Below are positions 44,698 through 53,079 of a stretch of 64,000 bases of DNA, piece by piece. A program made the translations under genes and the position numbers. Positions within the stretch are counted from its first letter, which is position 1. Every line of letters begins with the position of its first letter. The stretch spans positions 1-64,000 of the IMG/VR virus record IMGVR_UViG_3300028048_000124. The stretch is one strand, 5' to 3'. Below the pieces are notes generated by a model, which was given only the letters and a program-made list of their open reading frames with translations, was not told the origin of the DNA and searched no databases. This DNA is from a virus. Its lineage: Duplodnaviria > Caudoviricetes.

Positions 44698-44840
44698 GAT
44701 ATCTTTAGATATCGTTATAGTATATTATATAGTATATATTAGACGTTACATATATTATACGTTACATTTATATGTTACATATATAGACGTTACATATATA
44801 ACGTTACAGAAAAGAAAAGAGAAATATATATAAAGAGAAA
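44698..44840. repeat. AT-rich non-coding tract with five GTTACA direct repeats (origin-like)
   Basis: GTTACA at 44745, 44761, 44774, 44789 and 44803; GATATC-TTTA-GATATC; purine tract at 44809-44840. Confidence 0.6.
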
Positions 44841-44841
44841 A

Positions 44842-44866
44842 CAAAAGGACCCACCGAAGTGGGCCC
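44842..44866 (-). terminator. intrinsic terminator after the major capsid gene
   Basis: GGGCCCAC-TTCG-GTGGGTCC plus TTTTG. Confidence 0.85.
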
Positions 44867-44895
44867 TAAGTATTCCGTCAAGTAGTCGGTCAAGA

Positions 44896-46224
44896 CTATT
44901 CGCCAACGATTTCCGTTGAGACGATTTGCTTCTTAGCAACGACTTTACCAGCGATTAAGAGGTCTGCGTTGAGCATCTCCAATGCGTAGAGGGTTGAGAA
45001 GCCTTGAGACATACCACCGTCGGCATAACCTAACAATTGGGTCGGAACGACTGCCATGTAAGGTGCGTAGACAGCGGCGGATGACATCATATCGTCACCA
45101 TTGACACCGAGGACGAACTTACCTGCTTCGATGTTAGGTGTAACGAACACCTTGACACCGTTTAAGGTACCTGCCAAGTAAGGACCGTTGATGTGAGCGG
45201 TCGATGCGGCTCTGAATCCTTTGATGAAGGTCAAGATAGGCAACACGTTTGATGCGATGAGCATGTAGTTAGGAGCATATCTCTTAGTTGCATCGTAGAT
45301 TTTTTGTTTACCGATTTCGACGATTTCACTGAATCCTTCGTAGTGTTCTGCTTTGGAAACACCTGCGGGAAGAGTCTTGTTGAATTCCAATTCGGCATCC
45401 TCTTTTGCGTTGGCAATCAAGAGGTCGGTGATTTCGGTGTCGATTTCATAGGACAACTGACCGACGGCCTTTTCTGCCAATTGGTCGCCCAAGTCGAAGC
45501 CGTAGTCCTGTTTGCCTTGGAAAGCGGCGATTTGTGAGTAGTAGACTGCAACACGTCTTGCTTTGGCAATCAAAGGAATAGACTTGATTTGTGCGTTGAC
45601 GATAGGTAAATCGTGTTGAGGAATGACGACGTTGTCGTAGGTGTATGCGATTCTACCGGAGGCAGTGACGGTGACCTTGCCGCCAACGATGGGCAATTCG
45701 CTCTTTGTACCGTCTTCGGCGATGAATGTTGCCTTGTCGCCAACGACAGGAGTCCATGCTAATGTGACTTCCTTGGATTCCTCGCCGGAGGCCAATGTGA
45801 CGGGTTCAACGACCGGGGCACCGGTGTAGTTGACGTCGACCTTGCCAAGTCTGAACGGGTCATTGAAGATGTCGCCACGTGAGGTTTCACCTTTGTTTGA
45901 ACCTGCGGTGTATTGGACGTAGGTGATGTAGCCGCTCATTGAGGCCATAGGTTGGACGATGACTAATTCAGGGGCGATTAACGTAGGAAGTGCGACTGTG
46001 GTTAAGTTCAAGCAGAATCTCTTCCATTCGCCTAAATCAGCACGTTGAGTACCGACTGAGTTATTGAATTGTTCATTCAAGAATTTAGCAGTGTTGTCAA
46101 TAACCTGAGCAATTGCTAATTTACGGGTGTTGTCCATTGTAGCACCTTCGTGGGTTCTGGAATAAACGGATTCAGTAACAGCGATTCTCTTTTGATAAGT
46201 TTCAAGTAATCTGTTGTTATTCAT
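44896..46224 (-). CDS. major capsid protein (T4 gp23-like)
   Basis: PELVIVQPM..SGYITY, ARRVAVYYS, YEIDTEI, AVYAPYM motifs. Confidence 0.9.
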   Translation of the reverse strand: MNNNRLLETYQKRIAVTESVYSRTHEGATMDNTRKLAIAQVIDNTAKFLNEQFNNSVGTQRADLGEWKRFCLNLTTVALPTLIAPELVIVQPMASMSGYITYVQYTAGSNKGETSRGDIFNDPFRLGKVDVNYTGAPVVEPVTLASGEESKEVTLAWTPVVGDKATFIAEDGTKSELPIVGGKVTVTASGRIAYTYDNVVIPQHDLPIVNAQIKSIPLIAKARRVAVYYSQIAAFQGKQDYGFDLGDQLAEKAVGQLSYEIDTEITDLLIANAKEDAELEFNKTLPAGVSKAEHYEGFSEIVEIGKQKIYDATKRYAPNYMLIASNVLPILTFIKGFRAASTAHINGPYLAGTLNGVKVFVTPNIEAGKFVLGVNGDDMMSSAAVYAPYMAVVPTQLLGYADGGMSQGFSTLYALEMLNADLLIAGKVVAKKQIVSTEIVGE

Positions 46225-46257
46225 TTTGTTCTCCTTAATAAAGATGTACTTAATAAA

Positions 46258-47829
46258 TTAGTTTTTGATTTTCGCGATTCCAAGGAGCGTACTGTCGATG
46301 TCATCATCGTCGTTGTGGGCCTTAGCCATTGGCTCCTTAGCGGATTCGCGAATCTTGACTTTGACTTTTCGGTCAAAATTGAACGGGATTTTGGTCATGT
46401 TCAATTCATAGTCCAGCAAGTCCTCGCAGACTGCGTCGATGTCGTCCAGCGTATAGGATTCTGGTAATCTGTTCCTGATGTCGTTCTCAGTGACGCCGTA
46501 CATGACGGCTTTGCTTGAGATGTAACGGGCAACGGTCTCAGTTGATAACCTCTTCCATCCGCTTGCTGACCTCTTCGCCTTCGCAAGGCTCTCGCTCAAT
46601 TCCTTCTCTTTTGATTCAGAGTCAGACTTGACGGCGTTGAGTTCCTCCGTCAACCTTGAGATTTCGGCGGCGTGTTCCTTCTCCTTATCGGCGATGCTCT
46701 CCTTCAACGACAGGATTTCCCTGTCCTTTCCGGCAAGCGATTCGTTCAATCCGGCTGAGGATGTGTTGCCAGCCTTGACCTTTTTGGTCAACGTCGTAAT
46801 CAAACCGTCTTTGGATTCAATAGTTTGTGTTTTAACTTTGAGTTCTTCTTCTAAAGTTGATACCTTCGATTCGAGCGTTCTCTTCTCTTTGGCAGCGACA
46901 GTCAAACGCGTTACCGCTTTCTTGTATTTACCAAGTTCTTCATTAAGTCGATTAGATTCGGCATCGCTGACTGCTAACTTCTCCTGAAGTTCCTTGACCT
47001 GCTTTTTGAGGGAGTCACTTTCCTTTAATGCATCCTGCAAACTCTTGATTAGTTCATCCGACCCATCATTATTGGCTTCATCTGCTTCAATAGTTTGTTC
47101 AGAGGAGTTACTCTCTGCTTTTTTATCTGCAGGACTTTCGTCCATTGCATTCTTAGTTTCGGCACTTTCCTCCTCGGAAAGTTTGATTCCGAGGTTGTTT
47201 AACGTCTCGGTCATAATCTTCTTATCCTCCTCGGACGAAGACTTGAGGCTTTCGTTAAGTGCCTTCGTTAAATTTAGCGTGTCCTTTTTGTCCTTCTCCA
47301 ACGATTCGGACACATATTGTAGCCTGGCGGACTCGACGGCTGGCACCAAAACGATGTCGAAGCATTCGCAATCGTAGGTGTCCGGGTCGACGTAATCGTT
47401 TCCGTCCTCGTCGGTCAATACCTCTCCGGTTCCCCTCGATGACACGCCTAGCGTGGAACCGTAGTCGCATAACGCCTTAAGAATCTTCCCGTTTGGGGTT
47501 GGAAGGATGTCGAAGACGGCCTTAAGGGTTCCGTCCTTGTCCTTCTTCGGAGGTTCGGCCATGCAGACCGCGACCTTCTCCATGTCGGTTTCCGTCCTGT
47601 CAGCGGGATGGCCCAGTTCACCGTACATGACTTTGTTTTTGAACTTCTCCTTCATGATAGGATTGTCGAAAACCTTTTCCCAAAGAGTTTCGTTGTACAT
47701 CCTACCATTGCGAGTGGGGTTGAGGAAATCGGCGACGTTACCGACAAGGCGGCCCAAAATGCCACGCTTTTTGATTTCGTCTTCCGTCAGACTTTCGTAT
47801 GTATAGTTGTTATTCAATCTTTCTAACAT
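46258..47829 (-). CDS. prohead protease (gp21-like) fused to a coiled-coil scaffold
   Basis: NGRMY, YGELGHP, LGVSSRGTG, FDIVLVPA, followed by about 300 aa of coiled coil. Confidence 0.88.
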   Translation of the reverse strand: MLERLNNNYTYESLTEDEIKKRGILGRLVGNVADFLNPTRNGRMYNETLWEKVFDNPIMKEKFKNKVMYGELGHPADRTETDMEKVAVCMAEPPKKDKDGTLKAVFDILPTPNGKILKALCDYGSTLGVSSRGTGEVLTDEDGNDYVDPDTYDCECFDIVLVPAVESARLQYVSESLEKDKKDTLNLTKALNESLKSSSEEDKKIMTETLNNLGIKLSEEESAETKNAMDESPADKKAESNSSEQTIEADEANNDGSDELIKSLQDALKESDSLKKQVKELQEKLAVSDAESNRLNEELGKYKKAVTRLTVAAKEKRTLESKVSTLEEELKVKTQTIESKDGLITTLTKKVKAGNTSSAGLNESLAGKDREILSLKESIADKEKEHAAEISRLTEELNAVKSDSESKEKELSESLAKAKRSASGWKRLSTETVARYISSKAVMYGVTENDIRNRLPESYTLDDIDAVCEDLLDYELNMTKIPFNFDRKVKVKIRESAKEPMAKAHNDDDDIDSTLLGIAKIKN

Positions 47830-47877
47830 CTCGATTCAATCCTCTTTGTACAAATAATCGGTGAAACATAGCCTTAT

Positions 47878-47892
47878 TCATTTAATTTAGCA
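47878..47892 (-). promoter_or_regulatory. candidate late promoter
   Basis: Exact motif before protease and capsid. Confidence 0.75.
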
Positions 47893-47908
47893 CGTGAAAA
47901 TACTGAAA

Positions 47909-49504
47909 TTATTGATAACGTTTGATGTGTTTCTTAAGGAAATCCAATTCCTTGGTGTTGCCGGTGATTGTCCTTGCGCCTACCTTGATGTAGATAATCA
48001 GGTCGTCTGCGCAGTTGTAGAAGGCCCTATATCCAATCTTGGTGATTCTCTCGGGCAACCAAATCTTGTGCATGTTCTCGCATCCGTTGAACGCGAACGC
48101 CTTGATTTCGTCGCCTTCGTAATCGTCGGACACGATTGCCTCCCTAATCATCGTCTTGAACTTCTGAGGTACGGGTTCGCCGATGTACTTATATGGTTCA
48201 CCGGCTTCCAATCTCTCCATCGTCTCGATGTCGAGCAAGGATTGGCAGTTCTTGAACTCGGAGTTCTTGATGACGTCGACCAATCCCTCTTCCTTCAGGA
48301 ACCTCGCGAATTCGTCCGCGGTATTGGCACTGTAGCCGCCGCTGTAATACGAACTGTTGTTCGAGTGGTTGAATTGGCTTACTTTGTATCTTGATTCGTC
48401 ATCGAACGTAATCAACGCCTTGTTGTTTGGCCTCGGTTCGTTCTTGTTCTTTTGCTGGAAGCACACATAGCATCCCTTTCCGCCGTGTAGGTAGTGGGGA
48501 TAATAGTTCTCCGCCGAGCGTTTTCCTTCGTCGCCTTTGTATCCGAATCCTCCGACGCACCACTTCGCGCCGTCGCCCCATTGGTCGAAGACGAATGCAC
48601 CCAAAGGTGATTTCACCTTCCAGACTTCCCACTTCTCGTTTTCGCCGATGAATTCCATGTGGTCCTCATACGTCCCGGTCACATCGTCAGGCCAGGTGAG
48701 TTTCTTGCATAACGCAGGGAAGTCGGCCAAGTCCTGCTTGAAGTCCGACATCGAGCCTGAGGATTTCCTTTCCTCGCCGCCCTCTTCGGCACCTTCCTCG
48801 CCGGCTTGTTTCTCCGGTTCTTCCATACCGCGTGTAGCGACCAGGTTGACCAAGTCCTGCAATGACTTTACCTGCATGATGTCACGCTTGTTCTCGGGCA
48901 ATCTCTTTCTCTTCTTCAAGTCGTCGAACGCCCCGAGTTGGTCTTTGTATTCGTGGACGGCGACCATCATCTCCCTGAACGTGGTGACTTTGGTCTTCAA
49001 CAACTTAATCAACCATTCGATGTAAGTTCCGCCTTCGTTCGAGTTTTCCTTATGTGTGGGGTCGATGTTGGCCAATTTCATGAAATCCCTTTCCGAGACT
49101 CCCAATTCCTGGAACATCGATTTGTTCTTGTTGCTGTTGTAGTAGTCTTTGATGTTGGTGATTTTCTCGTCGAGGACCTCTTCCTTCAACGATTCGTCAT
49201 CCCTGCATTCGCTTTCCGCATCGGCGAGGATTCCCTCGGCTGTGCTTGCGTCTTTCTCGTCGACCAAAAGCCCGTTGTCACCAACTTCGTATTCGATTCC
49301 GTTGGCGTCGAAGTACATTTCCAAATCGCTCATGTCGACGCATGAGTTTGTAGTCTTGATACAAACCTTCTTGCCCCACGGATTTTTATCCTCTTTCTTA
49401 GGCTCGAGTTTTTCGTTCAATTGCTTTTTCTGTCTTGTCTTGACCACGCCGGAGGTCTCTTCCCTCAAGTCGTCCAAGGCCTCTAATATCATTCTACTAC
49501 GCAT
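47909..49504 (-). CDS. multidomain protein: PcfJ-like domain plus BspA-type LRR
   Basis: ENEKWEVWKV...GAKWCVGG; IKAFAFNGC..ITKIGYRAFYNC. Confidence 0.6.
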   Translation of the reverse strand: MRSRMILEALDDLREETSGVVKTRQKKQLNEKLEPKKEDKNPWGKKVCIKTTNSCVDMSDLEMYFDANGIEYEVGDNGLLVDEKDASTAEGILADAESECRDDESLKEEVLDEKITNIKDYYNSNKNKSMFQELGVSERDFMKLANIDPTHKENSNEGGTYIEWLIKLLKTKVTTFREMMVAVHEYKDQLGAFDDLKKRKRLPENKRDIMQVKSLQDLVNLVATRGMEEPEKQAGEEGAEEGGEERKSSGSMSDFKQDLADFPALCKKLTWPDDVTGTYEDHMEFIGENEKWEVWKVKSPLGAFVFDQWGDGAKWCVGGFGYKGDEGKRSAENYYPHYLHGGKGCYVCFQQKNKNEPRPNNKALITFDDESRYKVSQFNHSNNSSYYSGGYSANTADEFARFLKEEGLVDVIKNSEFKNCQSLLDIETMERLEAGEPYKYIGEPVPQKFKTMIREAIVSDDYEGDEIKAFAFNGCENMHKIWLPERITKIGYRAFYNCADDLIIYIKVGARTITGNTKELDFLKKHIKRYQ

Positions 49505-49528
49505 GCAAAATTCTCCTTGATTAGTTTA

Positions 49529-49543
49529 TCATTTAATTTAGCA
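49529..49543 (-). promoter_or_regulatory. candidate late promoter
   Basis: Exact motif. Confidence 0.75.
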
Positions 49544-49559
49544 CGAAAATTCACATTCA

Positions 49560-50570
49560 TTACGGTGCGTACAACGACATGCTCCTATAGAGTGCCTTCC
49601 TAGCCTTCTCCTTCATATTCTCCGGGAGTTTCTCAAGTAGCATCTCAATCCTCTCCTCCTGGAATTCCGACAGTTTGGCTGGAACGTCAGACCTTTCGTA
49701 TTTGCTTCTTTGCGGGAATCTTGCCTTGAACCAATCGAACAGTTTTTGGTTTTCGTATATCAACTCGCCGCCTGTGTCCTGAAGGCACAGCACCGCGAAC
49801 CTCTGTGCCAATCCGTCGAGATTCACGTTGGGATTGGAGGAACTGATGGTCGTGCACCTAAATGTCTCCTTATCGACCTTTAACCCGCGTTTTCGTTGAT
49901 AATGGTCATGGAGATAGACGTTAAGGTTATTGACCTGCCTGAACTTGCTGATTGAGGCGTCGATTGCCTCCTTGTGTTCCTTATAGCATCTTTCCATCTC
50001 GGATTTGAAATACGGTCTGAAGGAGTGATGCACAGTTATCGATTTGTCCTCAATCTTCCCATATATCTCCCTGTAGGTGTTGTCAAGGTGATGCCCGTAC
50101 ATCGTGTCCATCCTGGTCACGCCGTAGAATCTCGTATATTCCTCGTCGACTCCGTTGAAGAACATCGCCGGTGTCAACGCGCCGATTGCGAATACGTCGT
50201 CGTTGGCGTAGATGAATCTGTTGTTCACGCCAGGTATATTCCAGAGGAACATCTCTATCGCCGTGCTGTTGAACGTAGGCAAATACTCTTCAGGTATGAA
50301 TTCCTTGTGAAGGACGACGTGTACCTTGCTTCTGTCAATCCACTCCGGGACCTGCGATTCGCTTTGGACGAGAAGGTGAATCTTTCCAATCCAGGGCATG
50401 TTCTTTTCCACGCACCTGAAGAAAAATCTGAAAAACTCTCCCTGACCCCTGAATCTGTTCGGTGCATCGACTCCCTCCTCATTGAGGTGTGGGCTGTATA
50501 TCTCAAACAGTTTTTGCCATTCCGGGTCGGAGGAATCGACGTATGGCACTACTAAATCAATTGGCTCCAT
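49560..50570 (-). CDS. Stealth-family hexose-1-phosphate transferase
   Basis: CR1 IDLVVPYVDSSDPEW; CR2 KNMPWIGKIHLL, LPTFNSTAIE, FIYANDDVF. Confidence 0.88.
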   Translation of the reverse strand: MEPIDLVVPYVDSSDPEWQKLFEIYSPHLNEEGVDAPNRFRGQGEFFRFFFRCVEKNMPWIGKIHLLVQSESQVPEWIDRSKVHVVLHKEFIPEEYLPTFNSTAIEMFLWNIPGVNNRFIYANDDVFAIGALTPAMFFNGVDEEYTRFYGVTRMDTMYGHHLDNTYREIYGKIEDKSITVHHSFRPYFKSEMERCYKEHKEAIDASISKFRQVNNLNVYLHDHYQRKRGLKVDKETFRCTTISSSNPNVNLDGLAQRFAVLCLQDTGGELIYENQKLFDWFKARFPQRSKYERSDVPAKLSEFQEERIEMLLEKLPENMKEKARKALYRSMSLYAP

Positions 50571-51957
50571 TGTTCAATACCTCCTTCACCTTCCTCAGGA
50601 ATTGGGCATGGCTTATCTCCACCCCAGGCCCCCTGATGATATTGTCGGAGATTGTAAGGCATTTGAGTTTTCTTTCCTTCGCAATCCTATCCATCTCGTC
50701 GGACCACCAGTTGGCGGTGCCCTGTATGTTCACAGTTTTGGTCTGAACGAATATTGTCTTATCAAGTACTCCCATCTCCTTGAGATAGTCGACGGTTTCC
50801 AAAAAATATTCCCTTGACATCTCGTGGCTCACGTTGTCTATGTCATACATGTTCAGGCACACCACGAAGAAATAATTGTCCCTGGCCTTCAGGCATTCAT
50901 AAAACGTGTTGAATGTGTTGACCCTTTCGTAAATCTCGTCGAGATACTTCTTCTCGGTAGGGACGTTGTGGATAATCTGGGCGAATGGGTAATCGTATCC
51001 TATAGTCTGGTCTCCTGCGAAACTCGGCTTCCTCTTGAATTCCTCCGGCTTAACCCTATTCAATTCCGCATAATATTTGTTGTTCAACAGAAGTTCGGCC
51101 ATCGCCTTCCCCTTCGTCAATACATTGTCGACCGGTCCTCTGAGCCTGTTCGCCCCAAGGTATCCGATGTCAGAGCAATTGCCGAGAAGTTGGATGTAAT
51201 GCCTTCCGTCCTTGTCGATGTGCCTTTCAAGGAACACGTCGAGATTCGGAACCTCGTGGTATTTGGAGATGTAATCCTCGATTTCAGTTGTGTTCCTCCG
51301 CATCTTCCTCCACTCATACTTCCGTTCGTTTGACCATGTGCTTGGCGCGGTCTCGTTGGCGTTCTTGAAGTGGATGCACCTTATCGTGCTAGGTGCCTTG
51401 AATTCCATGTCCGCATACTTAAAGTGCAAAAGTGTAGACCAGATTCTGTCCTCGAAGCCCTCAGACTTCTGCGGGTCCACGTTAGGCAACGGCTCCCTTT
51501 CGTAGATGTATCTTGAGATTGCGCACAGGTTCAACTGCGAATCGTTATACTTCGTGTATTTGCTACTTCCGTTTCCGTCGATGAAGCAGAATCCGTTCGG
51601 ATGCTTATCGAGTTCGTTCATATATGCCACATTGGCGTCTTTCGTGTCACATTGTAGTATAGCGTCGTCGTCGAACATGATGAGATAGTCGAAGTCTGAT
51701 TCCAGGAACTTCTCCCTTAGTTTGTTCCTAGCCCCCATGATTCCGAGTTTTCCGAAGTCGTATCTGAAAACCTTGTTTTTGCATTTACCGTTTAGGTTGT
51801 AAAATTTCCACTGTTGTGCTATAATAATGATTGGGACGTCCGGCCAGAGGCTGGAAAGTTGACCGACGAGCCTGTCCAGTCTGTCTTGCCTCTCCTTCCT
51901 TTCTGGCTGTCCCCATGGGAAATAACTCACTATTCCAAAGCAGGGTTTAGTTTTCAT
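50557..51957 (-). CDS. GT-A (GT2-like) glycosyltransferase fused to a DUF1796-like domain
   Basis: GARNKL..DYLIMFDDD (DxD). C-terminal LLGNC..GPVD..IHN..ERVNTF pattern. Confidence 0.65.
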   Translation of the reverse strand: MKTKPCFGIVSYFPWGQPERKERQDRLDRLVGQLSSLWPDVPIIIIAQQWKFYNLNGKCKNKVFRYDFGKLGIMGARNKLREKFLESDFDYLIMFDDDAILQCDTKDANVAYMNELDKHPNGFCFIDGNGSSKYTKYNDSQLNLCAISRYIYEREPLPNVDPQKSEGFEDRIWSTLLHFKYADMEFKAPSTIRCIHFKNANETAPSTWSNERKYEWRKMRRNTTEIEDYISKYHEVPNLDVFLERHIDKDGRHYIQLLGNCSDIGYLGANRLRGPVDNVLTKGKAMAELLLNNKYYAELNRVKPEEFKRKPSFAGDQTIGYDYPFAQIIHNVPTEKKYLDEIYERVNTFNTFYECLKARDNYFFVVCLNMYDIDNVSHEMSREYFLETVDYLKEMGVLDKTIFVQTKTVNIQGTANWWSDEMDRIAKERKLKCLTISDNIIRGPGVEISHAQFLRKVKEVLNNGAN

Positions 51958-52580
51958 TTAAGTTCCTCCGTTCTCCTGAGCATATCATTCAGGTCTTGTC
52001 CATTGAACCAGGTTGACAACGGGTCGTTCGCTCCGACAGACGTTTCGCCTAAATCGGTGTTTCTTGGGAATTTATATACGGAATTTGCGAACTTTCCGCA
52101 AATGTCGCTCACAAAAAGCGTGTCTTCGAACCCTTCGCCATCCTCGGGATTCACATCCCTGAAGTCCACTTGCGACATGATGTCCTTGCTTATGGCGAAC
52201 AGTTTAAGTTGCGGACCCTTGAAAAGACCTGCACCGCTTGGATGCTTTTCTATTTCCCTCAAGTACGAATCCGCCGCAGACTTCGACCCGACTATGTTGC
52301 AGTCGTCGTCAAGCATTATAAGATAATCGTAGCCGGAACAAAGGAACGTTCTCCTCAGTTCCCTTCTGGCCCCGACTATGCCCAGCCTATTAATATGACT
52401 AAAGACCTTGCAGTTGACAAGGTCTGGTTTATAGTCTTTCCAATTTTGAGCGATTATGATTATCGGGAGGTTGAACAACTCGTTGCACTTGGCCACGAGC
52501 CTTTCCAGTTTCTCCTTCCTCTTCGCGGAAATCGATTCGTCATCGGGGAGATATGAGATTATTCCTATCACCTTCTCCAT
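51954..52580 (-). CDS. GT-A (GT2-like) glycosyltransferase
   Basis: GARRELR..DYLIMLDDD, GFED. Paralogous to the N-terminal half of the downstream gene. Confidence 0.7.
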   Translation of the reverse strand: MEKVIGIISYLPDDESISAKRKEKLERLVAKCNELFNLPIIIIAQNWKDYKPDLVNCKVFSHINRLGIVGARRELRRTFLCSGYDYLIMLDDDCNIVGSKSAADSYLREIEKHPSGAGLFKGPQLKLFAISKDIMSQVDFRDVNPEDGEGFEDTLFVSDICGKFANSVYKFPRNTDLGETSVGANDPLSTWFNGQDLNDMLRRTEELK

Positions 52581-52597
52581 GACAGTCCCTCCGCGTG

Positions 52598-53050
52598 TTA
52601 TCTTATGCTTTCGAATGCCTTTAAATCAGCCCTTATCAGTTTTCTCAACGTGAGGGCAGGCTCAAGGTCATACGTAGTGTAGTAGTTGTTGAGCACCCTC
52701 GTGATTTCCTCCGCCCTGCTGTGGGACAGGAACATCGTTGGGTTATCCAAATGCTTCGCGTAAAGGTTGATTTGGAGAATCAACGCGGATAGGGTAGTCA
52801 ACACTTCGGTGGGTTCCTTCATCTCCTCCTTGACGAGGTTTATGTAGAGCGAACTCCTTTTCGCGTTGTAACTCTTTCTGAGTTGTTCGTAGAAACCGGT
52901 CACGTCAAGATGCCTTGAGTCGTTGATGACCTTCACGACATCCATCGGGATTTCGGGGGAGGTTGCGACTTTCCTCAACAACGAGGTCACGTCCTTGCCT
53001 TCCTCCTGCATTTGAGTCAATAAGATAATTAAATCGTTTTTCTTTAGCAT
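52598..53050 (-). CDS. hypothetical helical protein downstream of portal
   Basis: 150 aa, GAAAGGA SD. Confidence 0.6.
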   Translation of the reverse strand: MLKKNDLIILLTQMQEEGKDVTSLLRKVATSPEIPMDVVKVINDSRHLDVTGFYEQLRKSYNAKRSSLYINLVKEEMKEPTEVLTTLSALILQINLYAKHLDNPTMFLSHSRAEEITRVLNNYYTTYDLEPALTLRKLIRADLKAFESIR

Positions 53051-53079
53051 TGCTCCGTTCCTTTCTTTAATATCTTAGA

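Noticed and set aside
44745-44808. CRISPR array
   Set aside because: The repeat core is 6-9 nt with spacers under 10 nt, there are no cas genes, and the 15-bp motif elsewhere is dispersed rather than arrayed.
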